DNA of 50,912 nucleotides from an uncultured bacterium. GTDB lineage: Bacteria > Bacteroidota > Ignavibacteria > Kapaibacteriales > UBA2268. A model generated the notes under the pieces. It saw only the letters and a list, made by a program, of their open reading frames with translations, was not told the origin of the DNA and did not search any database. Positions within the stretch are counted from its first letter, which is position 1, and every line of letters begins with the position of its first letter. Position numbers and translations under genes: made by a program. Below, in pieces: positions 20,210-28,461 of this stretch. The stretch is from contig CALLXS010000117.1 of the NCBI GenBank assembly GCA_937875295.1, positions 1 to 50,912 on the forward strand, written 5' to 3'.

Positions 20210-20421
20210 TTAACCTCCATTATTTAAAAAATTATTTTATATTTCTTTTGAAAATTTAATCTTATTTTTAATAAAATATGAATTATTAAAGCATAACTAA
20301 ATCTCAATAATACAATGAGTTGTTTTGTATGATTTTACATTTAAGAAAAATTTACAAAAACATAAACAGCAATTTAGTAATTTTAATTGAAATATTAAAA
20401 TGTTTTTTTTGTAATTATGAA

Positions 20422-20429
20422 TATTTTTG
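20422..20429 (+). promoter_or_regulatory. Bacteroidota-type -7 promoter element upstream of pth
   Basis: TATTTTTG followed by CA. Confidence 0.45.
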
Positions 20430-20505
20430 CACGTCTATATTTAATATTTAGAATAATAAGTTTATTTTTTAGCATTTTATAATTACACAAAATCAAATAT
20501 TTAAA

Positions 20506-22299
20506 TTGAATAATATATTAATTGTAGGACTCGGTAATCCCGGCTCAAAATATGAAAAGACTCGACATAATATTGGCTGGATGGTATTAAAAAAATTTGT
20601 AGAAAAGCATAAAATTGAATTAATAAAAAAATCAAATATTTATTATTCTGCCGAAATGAAATATGCCGGGAAGAATATTATAATTTGTTTTCCGACGACA
20701 TATATGAATTTATCAGGCGAAGCCGTTAAAAAAATAAGTGATAAATTTTTGATTAAGCCTCAAGATATTATCGTAATTTCTGATGAGTATAATTTCCCAT
20801 TAGGTAAAGTCCATTTTAAAAATGGAGGAAGCGACGGAGGTCATAATGGGATAGCTAATATTATTGAAGAATTAAAATCATCGAATTTTTATAGGTTACG
20901 CATAGGAATAGATAGAAATTTTGGAGCTGGAGAATTAATAAATTATGTGTTGTCAGAATTTAACGAAAATGAAAGAGAATTACTTAATTTAGCTTTAACT
21001 AAAGGGATGGAGTCTCTTGAAACTATCCTTAAAAATGGTCCACAGAGAGCAATGAGTATGATTAATTCTGGAGAAATGTGGAAAGAAAAAATAAATAAAG
21101 ACAAAGATAAAAAAATTAATAAAATAGATTTAAAAAATAATATGAAAGGTGTTGAAATGGATAATTTCACTTATTATAATCCAACTAAAATAATATTTGG
21201 TAAAAATACAATTCCTCAAATTGGAAAAGAATTATCAAAATATCAAATTAATAATGTGCTTGTGCTAGCTGGTGGTGGCTCTATTAAAAAAAATGGATCT
21301 TATGATGAAATGGTAAAATCACTCAAAGATAATAATATCTCCTTTATAGAAAAATGGGGCGTACAAGCTAATCCAATTTTGCCTCATGCACTTGAATCAA
21401 TAGAATTGTGCCGTGATAATAAAGTTGAAGGAATTATTGCTATCGGTGGTGGTTCTGTTATTGACGAAGCAAAATCAATAGCAGTAGGATATTATGCAAA
21501 TTCCTTGTGGGATCTATATGAAGGTAAAGAAAAGGTAACCGATAGCTTGCCGATATTTGTTATTCTCACAATTTCAGCTACAGGGTCTGAAATGAACCCA
21601 ACTTCAGTACTGACTAATCCCGAACAAAAGAAAAAATGGGGGTTTGCCTCTGGTTTAAATTATCCAATAGTTTCGATTATTGATCCGGAAAAACAAATGA
21701 CATTACCTTGGAACCAAACTGTAAATGGTGCAATAGATGCCTTAAGTCATATAATGGAAAATTATTTTGTAGCAAAAAATCAGTTTGTTACTATGGGATA
21801 TAATGAATCATTGATGAATACTATAATAGAAGCTACAAATATACTCAAAGATAATCCAATGGATTATAATGCAAGAGCTAATTTAGCTTGGAGTGCAACA
21901 ATGGCTTTAAATGGATATTCCGGTATTGGTATAAAATCTGGAGAGTGGACTTGTCATAAAATTGAGCATTCTATTAGTGCATTTTATCCAAATGTAGCTC
22001 ATGGCGCTGGATTAGCAATTGTCTTCCCGGCTTGGATACAATATATGTATCAATATAATAAAAATACATTTGACAGATGGGCTAAAAATGTATGGAATGC
22101 TAATACTATAGAGGAAGGTATAGCAAAAATGAAAGAACAATATTCAAAATGGGGAGCACCTATTTCATTAAGTGAAATAGGAGTAAACGCTAATCAAATA
22201 GAAGCAATTGCTGAAAATGTGATGCTAATTGAAAAATTTGGTATTTTAAAAGATATGAATAAAAATGATATTATTGAAATATTAAAAATTGCAAAATAA
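20506..22299 (+). CDS. pth: Peptidyl-tRNA hydrolase (aa 1-~190) in frame with an iron-containing alcohol dehydrogenase (BdhA/YqhD-like, from Met218 at 21157)
   Basis: Pth motifs: VGLGNPG, TRHNIG, PTTYMNLSG, GGHNG, RLRIGI. Fe-ADH motifs: FTYYNPTKIIFGK, GGGSIK, GGGSVID, TISATGSE, DALSHIME, CHKIEHSISA, HGAGLA. TTG start; no stop codon between the domains. Confidence 0.85.
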   Translation: MNNILIVGLGNPGSKYEKTRHNIGWMVLKKFVEKHKIELIKKSNIYYSAEMKYAGKNIIICFPTTYMNLSGEAVKKISDKFLIKPQDIIVISDEYNFPLGKVHFKNGGSDGGHNGIANIIEELKSSNFYRLRIGIDRNFGAGELINYVLSEFNENERELLNLALTKGMESLETILKNGPQRAMSMINSGEMWKEKINKDKDKKINKIDLKNNMKGVEMDNFTYYNPTKIIFGKNTIPQIGKELSKYQINNVLVLAGGGSIKKNGSYDEMVKSLKDNNISFIEKWGVQANPILPHALESIELCRDNKVEGIIAIGGGSVIDEAKSIAVGYYANSLWDLYEGKEKVTDSLPIFVILTISATGSEMNPTSVLTNPEQKKKWGFASGLNYPIVSIIDPEKQMTLPWNQTVNGAIDALSHIMENYFVAKNQFVTMGYNESLMNTIIEATNILKDNPMDYNARANLAWSATMALNGYSGIGIKSGEWTCHKIEHSISAFYPNVAHGAGLAIVFPAWIQYMYQYNKNTFDRWAKNVWNANTIEEGIAKMKEQYSKWGAPISLSEIGVNANQIEAIAENVMLIEKFGILKDMNKNDIIEILKIAK

Positions 22300-22324
22300 A
22301 TTATAATACTTTTTTAACTTAACT

Positions 22325-22357
22325 AATCCTACTTTTAATAAAAAAGTGGGATTTTTT
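22325..22357 (+). terminator. Intrinsic terminator after pth/adh
   Basis: AATCCTACTTTT / AAAAGTGGGATT hairpin (one G-U pair) followed by a T-tract. Confidence 0.75.
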
Positions 22358-22399
22358 AATTAAAAATAAAAAAAATTTAGAAATTATTAATGATTTTAT

Positions 22400-22407
22400 T
22401 AATTTTG
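22400..22407 (+). promoter_or_regulatory. Bacteroidota-type -7 promoter element of corA, implying a ~160-nt 5' leader
   Basis: TAATTTTG followed by CA, downstream of the preceding terminator. Confidence 0.5.
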
Positions 22408-22419
22408 CAATCTAAGTAA

Positions 22420-22575
22420 AATGTAAAATTAATAGGGAGTATTTTAAAAATGCCTCGAAGTTATAAACTAAAATCAGTACCTCTGCCAAAGGCAGATATT
22501 TTTCCGTTTTTCATTAAAACATATTATTATAAGTTATAATTTACATTAACCCTATTAAGAAGCTAGGAGGTAAAA
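22420..22575 (+). promoter_or_regulatory. Structured corA 5' leader (candidate metal-responsive attenuator or riboswitch)
   Basis: TTAATAGGG (22429-37) pairs with CCCTATTAA (22550-58). AATGTAAA (22420-27) pairs with TTTACATT (22540-47). Hairpin TCTGCC-AAA-GGCAGA at 22482-96. TACCTC (22478-83) is complementary to the SD region GAGGTA (22567-72). Confidence 0.5.
22450..22539 (+). CDS. Candidate leader peptide (29 aa, MPRSYKLKSVPLPKADIFPFFIKTYYYKL)
   Basis: ATG at 22450, TAA at 22537-39, SD-like GGGAG at 22435-39. Four Pro codons including Pro-Leu-Pro. Too short for the supplied ORF track. Confidence 0.45.
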   Translation: MPRSYKLKSVPLPKADIFPFFIKTYYYKL

Positions 22576-23484
22576 ATGCTTCATGAATATTCAATTGAGA
22601 ATAATAAAATAAATACTGTAGCAAGTGGAAATATAAAGTTATTTTATAATCCCACAGAAGAAGAAAAAGAACTTTTAATTGACGTTTATAAATTAGACGA
22701 GCATACATTGAGTTCTGCTTTAGATGATGATGAGTTATCCAGAATGGAGACTGAACCCGACCATATTGCAATGATTATCAAAAGTCCTCGCAAATATGTC
22801 CCAAGAGACGAGTATTTGTTCAGAGTAATGTCTATAGGTTTATTCCTTTTTAATGACAAATTGATAATTGTAACCAATGATGAAGTAGACCTTTTCCAAG
22901 GTAAGCAGATGCAAACAGTTAATTCACTCGCCGACTTAATTTTTAAAATCATTTATCGATTAATTTTTAATTTTTTAGAACATTTGAAAATAATCAATAA
23001 AATTTCTGATTCATTAGAACATAAAATTAATTCTGCAATGGAGAATAAATATTTGATAAATCTATTTTCCTTGGAAAAGAGCTTAGTTTACTATTTAAAT
23101 GCGATAAATTCTAATGGAGTATTAATTGAAAAAATTAAAACTAATGCCACAAAATTCGATTTACAACAAACAGAGATTGAAATGCTCGAAGATATTATAA
23201 TCGAAAATACTCAATGCTATAGGCAAGCAGATATTTATGCAAATATCTTAGCAGGTTTAATGGATGCAAGAGTGTCGATTGTTTCGAATAATTTAAACGT
23301 ATTGATGAAAACATTAAATATAATTACTTTGTCAATAATGGTACCTACTTTTGTTGTATCTGCCTTTTCTATGAATGTGAAAATACCATTACAAACACAT
23401 GAAAATGCTTTTTTCATTGTGATGGGATTGGCTTCATTATCAGTAATCGGATTGCTAATATTAATGTGGTGGAAAAAGTGGTAA
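22576..23484 (+). CDS. corA: CorA-family divalent cation (Mg2+) transporter, SMN variant
   Basis: ALDDDELSR.E, SNNLNVLMKTL, PT and two C-terminal TM helices ending WWKKW. The filter motif reads FSMNV instead of YGMN. Strong SD AGGAGG at 22565-22570. Confidence 0.9.
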   Translation: MLHEYSIENNKINTVASGNIKLFYNPTEEEKELLIDVYKLDEHTLSSALDDDELSRMETEPDHIAMIIKSPRKYVPRDEYLFRVMSIGLFLFNDKLIIVTNDEVDLFQGKQMQTVNSLADLIFKIIYRLIFNFLEHLKIINKISDSLEHKINSAMENKYLINLFSLEKSLVYYLNAINSNGVLIEKIKTNATKFDLQQTEIEMLEDIIIENTQCYRQADIYANILAGLMDARVSIVSNNLNVLMKTLNIITLSIMVPTFVVSAFSMNVKIPLQTHENAFFIVMGLASLSVIGLLILMWWKKW

Positions 23485-23508
23485 TTAAATTAATTTTTTA
23501 AACGAAAG

Positions 23509-23541
23509 AAAACCCTCAAAAGAAAAATTTTGAGGGTTTTT
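23509..23541. terminator. Bidirectional terminator between convergent corA and nhaA
   Basis: AAAACCCTCAAAA / TTTTGAGGGTTTT 13-bp perfect inverted repeat. Confidence 0.85.
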
Positions 23542-23558
23542 ATTTATTTAATATATTT

Positions 23559-24701
23559 TTATTGAATTAATTTTCTTTTGTTCGCTCTTTTTAAAATGAA
23601 TATTCCTAGAATTGCTGAAATAATAGAACCAAGGATTACAGCAATAATCGATGTATCAATTAAAAATTTATCAGTGAAGGATAACTTAGATATGAAAATT
23701 GACATTGTAAATCCAATTCCAGCTAAGCACGCTATTCCAATGAAATCACGTATTGTAGTATTCTCAGGTATTTTACTAATTTTTAATTTTGTAGCAAGAA
23801 ATACAGCAGAAATAATTCCTATTGGCTTTCCTAAGATAAGCCCTAAAGAAATTCCGATACTTAATGTAGAGGTGATTCCTGAGAGTGATTGACTATTTAT
23901 TACGATTGCGGTATTAGTGAGAGCAAATAATGGTAAAATAATATAATTTACCCATTTTTGCATATAGTGTTCAAAATCATCTGTCAATTCCACAGGAATA
24001 GTTAATGCAAGCATTACTCCTGCGATTGTAGAATGTATCCCAGAGAGAAATACGAAGTACCATAGAATAAGACCTTCTAAAATGTAAATAATTGGATGCC
24101 AATATTTCTTTTTATTCAAGAAATAGAAAATAGCAACAAGAGCAAAAGCAACTAATAAATACAAAAATTGCAAGTTATTTGAGAAAAATATAGCGATAAT
24201 TAAAACAGCAATTAAATCATCTATTATAGCTAATGCCGTTAGGAATATTCTAAGGGATTTTGTATTTTCAGAAGCAATAATTGAAAGCACTCCAAGCGAA
24301 AATGCTATATCAGTGGCAGTTGGAATTGCCCATCCAGAAACATATGATGAATTTAGATTAATTAACACAAAAATTATAGCAGGAGCTATTACACCACCAA
24401 TAGCAGCAATTACTGATAAACTAGATTTTTTAAAATCAGATAGCTCGCCGACTAAGATTTCCCTTTTTATCTCAAGACCTACCATAAAGAAAAAAATTGC
24501 CATCAATCCATCATTGATCCAATGCTCTATGCTTAAATTTAGAACACCAAGATTAATTTTATTATGGAAAAAATCAGTATAACCATCAAAGAAATTGGCT
24601 AAGAAAAGAGAAACAATAGTTGCTATTAATAGTAAAATACCTGTTAATTTACCTGAATTGGATAATTCTTGAATTGTATCAAATTTTTTTTGAATATACA
24701 T
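23559..24701 (-). CDS. nhaA: Na+/H+ antiporter NhaA
   Basis: WINDGLMAIFF, GLEIKRE, GWAIPTATDIAF, LAIIDDL, GIHSTIAG, LGKPIGI and GIGFTMSIFI. Confidence 0.96.
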   Translation of the reverse strand: MYIQKKFDTIQELSNSGKLTGILLLIATIVSLFLANFFDGYTDFFHNKINLGVLNLSIEHWINDGLMAIFFFMVGLEIKREILVGELSDFKKSSLSVIAAIGGVIAPAIIFVLINLNSSYVSGWAIPTATDIAFSLGVLSIIASENTKSLRIFLTALAIIDDLIAVLIIAIFFSNNLQFLYLLVAFALVAIFYFLNKKKYWHPIIYILEGLILWYFVFLSGIHSTIAGVMLALTIPVELTDDFEHYMQKWVNYIILPLFALTNTAIVINSQSLSGITSTLSIGISLGLILGKPIGIISAVFLATKLKISKIPENTTIRDFIGIACLAGIGFTMSIFISKLSFTDKFLIDTSIIAVILGSIISAILGIFILKRANKRKLIQ

Positions 24702-24823
24702 TTTTCGTTCAATATAAGTTACTAATGAATATTTTATGTTATTTGATTATAACATTTTGAAAATAAATATTAAATTAACAAAAAATTAATAATATTTTTT
24801 ACTAAAATGATAATAATAAACCG

Positions 24824-24831
24824 TAAATTTG
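24824..24831 (+). promoter_or_regulatory. Bacteroidota-type -7 promoter element upstream of ppdK
   Basis: TAAATTTG. Confidence 0.45.
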
Positions 24832-24920
24832 TAGACTATAAATATTTTTAATTATTATTGACAATTTTTAAAAATTTATTAGAAAAATATTTTTTATAAA
24901 CATAAATAAAGAGTTTTCTT

Positions 24921-27827
24921 ATGGCAAACAAGAAAAAAGAATCAAAGAAGAAAAATTCTTCAACAAAAAATCAAAAATATGTCTATTATTTTGGCGGAAA
25001 AAAGGCTGACGGCGATGCTGGAATGAAAAACCTCTTAGGAGGTAAAGGTGCAAATTTAGCTGAAATGATAAATATGAAGCTACCTGTACCGGGTGGTTTT
25101 ACAATCACAACTGATGTATGTACATATTATTATGACAACAAGAAAACTTATCCAGCTGTATTAGCAAACCAAGTTGAAGAATCTTTAGTAAAATTAGAAA
25201 AAGAAATGGGGATGAAATTCGGAGATGAAAATAATCCTTTATTATTATCAGTGCGTTCTGGCTCAAGAGCTTCAATGCCAGGAATGATGGATACAATTTT
25301 AAATTTAGGCTTAAATGATAAAACAGTACAAGGATTAATTAATAAATCTGGTAATGAGAGATTTGCTTATGATTCATATAGAAGATTTATTGCAATGTAT
25401 GGTGATGTAGTACTTGACTTAAAACCAAAAACTAAAGATGATATTGATCCATTTGAAGCCATTATTGAAAAGAAAAAAGAAAAAAGAAAAATCATCACAG
25501 ATTATGAATTATCAGTTCAAGATTTAAAAGAATTAGTAGTTGAATTTAAAAAAGCAATTAAAGATAATACAGGAATTGATTTCCCAGAAGATCCAAAAGA
25601 ACAATTATGGGGAGCAATTGCAGCTGTATTTAATTCGTGGCAAAATCCAAGAGCTATTGTTTATAGAAGATTAAATAAAATTCCAGAAGAATGGGGTACT
25701 GCTGTAAATATCCAAGCTATGGTATTTGGAAATATGGGTGAAACTTCAGGAACTGGTGTTGCTTTTACTCGCGATGCAGCTAATGGCGATAATATTTTCT
25801 ATGGTGAATTCTTAATGGATGCACAAGGCGAAGATGTAGTAGCTGGAATTCGCACTCCTCTTAAAATTGATGTTTTAAAAGAAAAAGATTCTAAATCTTA
25901 TAATGAATTATTAGATATTCGTAAAATATTAGAAGAACATTATAGAGATATGCTTGATGTAGAATTTACTATCCAAGAAGGTAAATTATATATGCTACAA
26001 TGCCGCGTAGGAAAGAGAACTGCAATGGCAGCTGTTAAAATTGCTTATGATATGGTAAATGAAGGAATGATCACTCCTAAAGAAGCATTAATGCGTATTG
26101 AACCAGACCAATTAAACCAATTACTTCGTCCGGTATTTGATCAAGCTGAATTAAAAAAAGCTTTAAATGATAAGCAATTATTAGCTCACGGATTAAACGC
26201 TGGTCCTGGTGCAGCTGCTGGGAAAGTAGTTTTTAATGCAGAAGATGCAATTGCACTTAATGCAAAAGGCGAAAAAGTAATACTAGTTCGTATTGAAACT
26301 TCTCCAGAAGATATCGCAGGTATGAATGCTGCTGAAGGTATTTTAACAGCTCGTGGAGGTATGACTTCACATGCAGCTTTAGTAGCTCGTCAAATGGGTA
26401 AAGTATGCGTAGCTGGTTGCGGAACATTAAATATTGATTACAAAAAACGTCAATTCTTTGTAGAAGGAAATGACAAAAATATTATTAAAGAAGGCGATTA
26501 TATTTCGATTGATGGTTCTACTGGTAATGTATTTAAAGGTAATATTCCTACTAAACCAAGCGAAGTAGTAGAAGTATTAGTAACTAAAACTTTAAAACCA
26601 AATGATGCACCAATTTACAAAATGTACGATCAAATCATGAATTGGGCAGATAAATATAGAAGATTAAATATTAGAACAAATGCTGATCAGCCTGATCAAG
26701 CTACAAATGCCGTTGCTTTTGGTGCTGAAGGAATAGGCTTATGTCGTACTGAACACATGTTCTTTGGAGAAGGTAAAATTGGTCCAATGAGAGAAATGAT
26801 TTTAGCAGATAGTGTAGAGAATCGTAAAAGAGCACTTTCTAAAATTCTTCCTTTCCAAAGAAAAGATTTTGAAGGTATATTTGAAGCAATGGATGGAAAA
26901 CCAGTTACAGTAAGAACAATTGATCCACCTTTGCATGAATTCTTACCACATGAAGAAGCTGAACAAGCAGAATTAGCTAAAAATATGAAAATTACTGTAC
27001 AGCAAGTAAAAGATAGAGTTGCATCATTGCATGAATTTAATCCTATGCTTGGTTTCCGCGGTTGCAGATTAGGTCTAATATTCCCAGAAATTACAGAAAT
27101 GCAAGCAAGAGCAATTTTCGAAGCAGCAGTAAATACCATTAAAAAAGGTAAAAAAGTACTTCCTGAAGTAATGATTCCACTTGTAGGCAATGTAAAAGAA
27201 TTAAAGAGCCAAGAAGAAATCGTTCGACGTGCAGCTCGCGAAGTAATGGAAGAAACTAGTGTGAAATTTGACTATTTAGTTGGTACAATGATAGAAATCC
27301 CACGTGGTGCTATCACTGCTAAAGAAATTGCAGAAGTTGCTGAATTCTTTTCTTTCGGAACAAACGACTTAACTCAAACTACATTAGGTCTTAGTAGAGA
27401 TGACTCTGGCAAATTCCTACCGGAATATGTCAATAGAGAAGTCTATAAAGTAGATCCTTTTATTTCAGTAGATCAAGAAGGCGTTGGATTCTTAATGAAA
27501 CACGCAGTCGAACAAGGTAGAATTACTAATCCAAAAATTAAACTTGGTATTTGTGGTGAACACGGTGGCGACCCTGATTCTGTAGAATTCTGTCATAATT
27601 TAGGATTAAATTATGTATCTTGCTCACCTTTTAGAGTTCCTATAGCACGTTTGGCTGCTGCGAGAGCTGCAATCAAAGAAGCTGAATTAGAAGCTCCAGT
27701 GGCAAAAGATTCTAAAAAAGAAGTGAAAGCAAAAAAATCATCAAAAAAAGATGATAAAAAATCAAAAGATAAAAAATCAAAAAAAGATGATAAGAAATCA
27801 AAAGATAAAAAATCTAAAAAGAAATAA
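24921..27827 (+). CDS. ppdK: Pyruvate phosphate dikinase with lysine-rich N- and C-terminal extensions
   Basis: [33 protein letters not shown], phospho-His motif [47 protein letters not shown] and [10 protein letters not shown]. Confidence 0.97.
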   Translation: MANKKKESKKKNSSTKNQKYVYYFGGKKADGDAGMKNLLGGKGANLAEMINMKLPVPGGFTITTDVCTYYYDNKKTYPAVLANQVEESLVKLEKEMGMKFGDENNPLLLSVRSGSRASMPGMMDTILNLGLNDKTVQGLINKSGNERFAYDSYRRFIAMYGDVVLDLKPKTKDDIDPFEAIIEKKKEKRKIITDYELSVQDLKELVVEFKKAIKDNTGIDFPEDPKEQLWGAIAAVFNSWQNPRAIVYRRLNKIPEEWGTAVNIQAMVFGNMGETSGTGVAFTRDAANGDNIFYGEFLMDAQGEDVVAGIRTPLKIDVLKEKDSKSYNELLDIRKILEEHYRDMLDVEFTIQEGKLYMLQCRVGKRTAMAAVKIAYDMVNEGMITPKEALMRIEPDQLNQLLRPVFDQAELKKALNDKQLLAHGLNAGPGAAAGKVVFNAEDAIALNAKGEKVILVRIETSPEDIAGMNAAEGILTARGGMTSHAALVARQMGKVCVAGCGTLNIDYKKRQFFVEGNDKNIIKEGDYISIDGSTGNVFKGNIPTKPSEVVEVLVTKTLKPNDAPIYKMYDQIMNWADKYRRLNIRTNADQPDQATNAVAFGAEGIGLCRTEHMFFGEGKIGPMREMILADSVENRKRALSKILPFQRKDFEGIFEAMDGKPVTVRTIDPPLHEFLPHEEAEQAELAKNMKITVQQVKDRVASLHEFNPMLGFRGCRLGLIFPEITEMQARAIFEAAVNTIKKGKKVLPEVMIPLVGNVKELKSQEEIVRRAAREVMEETSVKFDYLVGTMIEIPRGAITAKEIAEVAEFFSFGTNDLTQTTLGLSRDDSGKFLPEYVNREVYKVDPFISVDQEGVGFLMKHAVEQGRITNPKIKLGICGEHGGDPDSVEFCHNLGLNYVSCSPFRVPIARLAAARAAIKEAELEAPVAKDSKKEVKAKKSSKKDDKKSKDKKSKKDDKKSKDKKSKKK
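27741..27812 (+). repeat. Tandem 36-bp direct repeat (2 copies) encoding [12 protein letters not shown] twice
   Basis: 27741-27776 and 27777-27812 differ by one synonymous base (AAA versus AAG). Confidence 0.9.
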
Positions 27828-27847
27828 TTAGATTAATTGAAAATTCA

Positions 27848-27880
27848 AAAGTCCTCTTTTATAAGCTAAAAGAGGACTTT
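27848..27880. terminator. Bidirectional terminator between ppdK and the CBS gene
   Basis: AAAGTCCTCTTTTA / TAAAAGAGGACTTT 14-bp perfect inverted repeat. Confidence 0.85.
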
Positions 27881-27906
27881 CTTTATATATGTTTTGTTTG
27901 TTTTTT

Positions 27907-28335
27907 TTAACTTAAAAACTCTTTTTTAATATAAAATAAAATATCAAAAACAGTAACAATTCCTACTAAATTATTATCCCAATCTACTACAGGTAAGAAC
28001 TCAATATGTTTTTTTGCCAAAATTTCAATAGCTTTAGCAATGCTATCTTCAGGGTAGATTATATGAACATTTTTATCAAAAATATCTTGATAATCACTAA
28101 TTTTATTGTAGCCAATATCTTCTTTATCAGCATCAACTTCATAGATTTGCCTTAAAGAATATTCATTTAATTTTTTTGAAGTTATAATTCCAACTAATTT
28201 CCCATTTTCTAGGACTGGAACTTGATGCACATTTTCTTCTTTCATAATATCATCAGCTTTTTTTAAGCTATCGTCTAATTCTACTGTGAAAGCACCTTTA
28301 GTCATAATGCTTTCAATTTTTTCTAACTTTAACAT
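27907..28335 (-). CDS. Stand-alone CBS-pair protein
   Basis: Two CBS motifs: IMTK...HQVPVLENGKLVGIIT and FLPVVDWDNNLVGIVTVFDI. Confidence 0.9.
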   Translation of the reverse strand: MLKLEKIESIMTKGAFTVELDDSLKKADDIMKEENVHQVPVLENGKLVGIITSKKLNEYSLRQIYEVDADKEDIGYNKISDYQDIFDKNVHIIYPEDSIAKAIEILAKKHIEFLPVVDWDNNLVGIVTVFDILFYIKKEFLS

Positions 28336-28368
28336 CGTTTTTATTCCTTATTTACAATGATTTTATAA

Positions 28369-28433
28369 CAAAAATAATATTTATTAAAAACAAAAATTTT
28401 AATTGTATTTATAATTTAATAAACTTAATTTTG
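28369..28433. promoter_or_regulatory. Divergent pair of TAnnTTTG -7 elements (CBS gene on minus; T9SS cargo on plus)
   Basis: TATTTTTG on minus at 28369-28376 and TAATTTTG on plus at 28426-28433. Confidence 0.45.
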
Positions 28434-28461
28434 TAAAAGTTATTTTAAATTAAATAATAAA

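Noticed and set aside
22410-22575. M-box (ykoK) Mg2+ riboswitch upstream of corA
   Set aside because: The conserved M-box sequence blocks (e.g. UAGGUGAGGCU) are not visible; other models are reported as findings.
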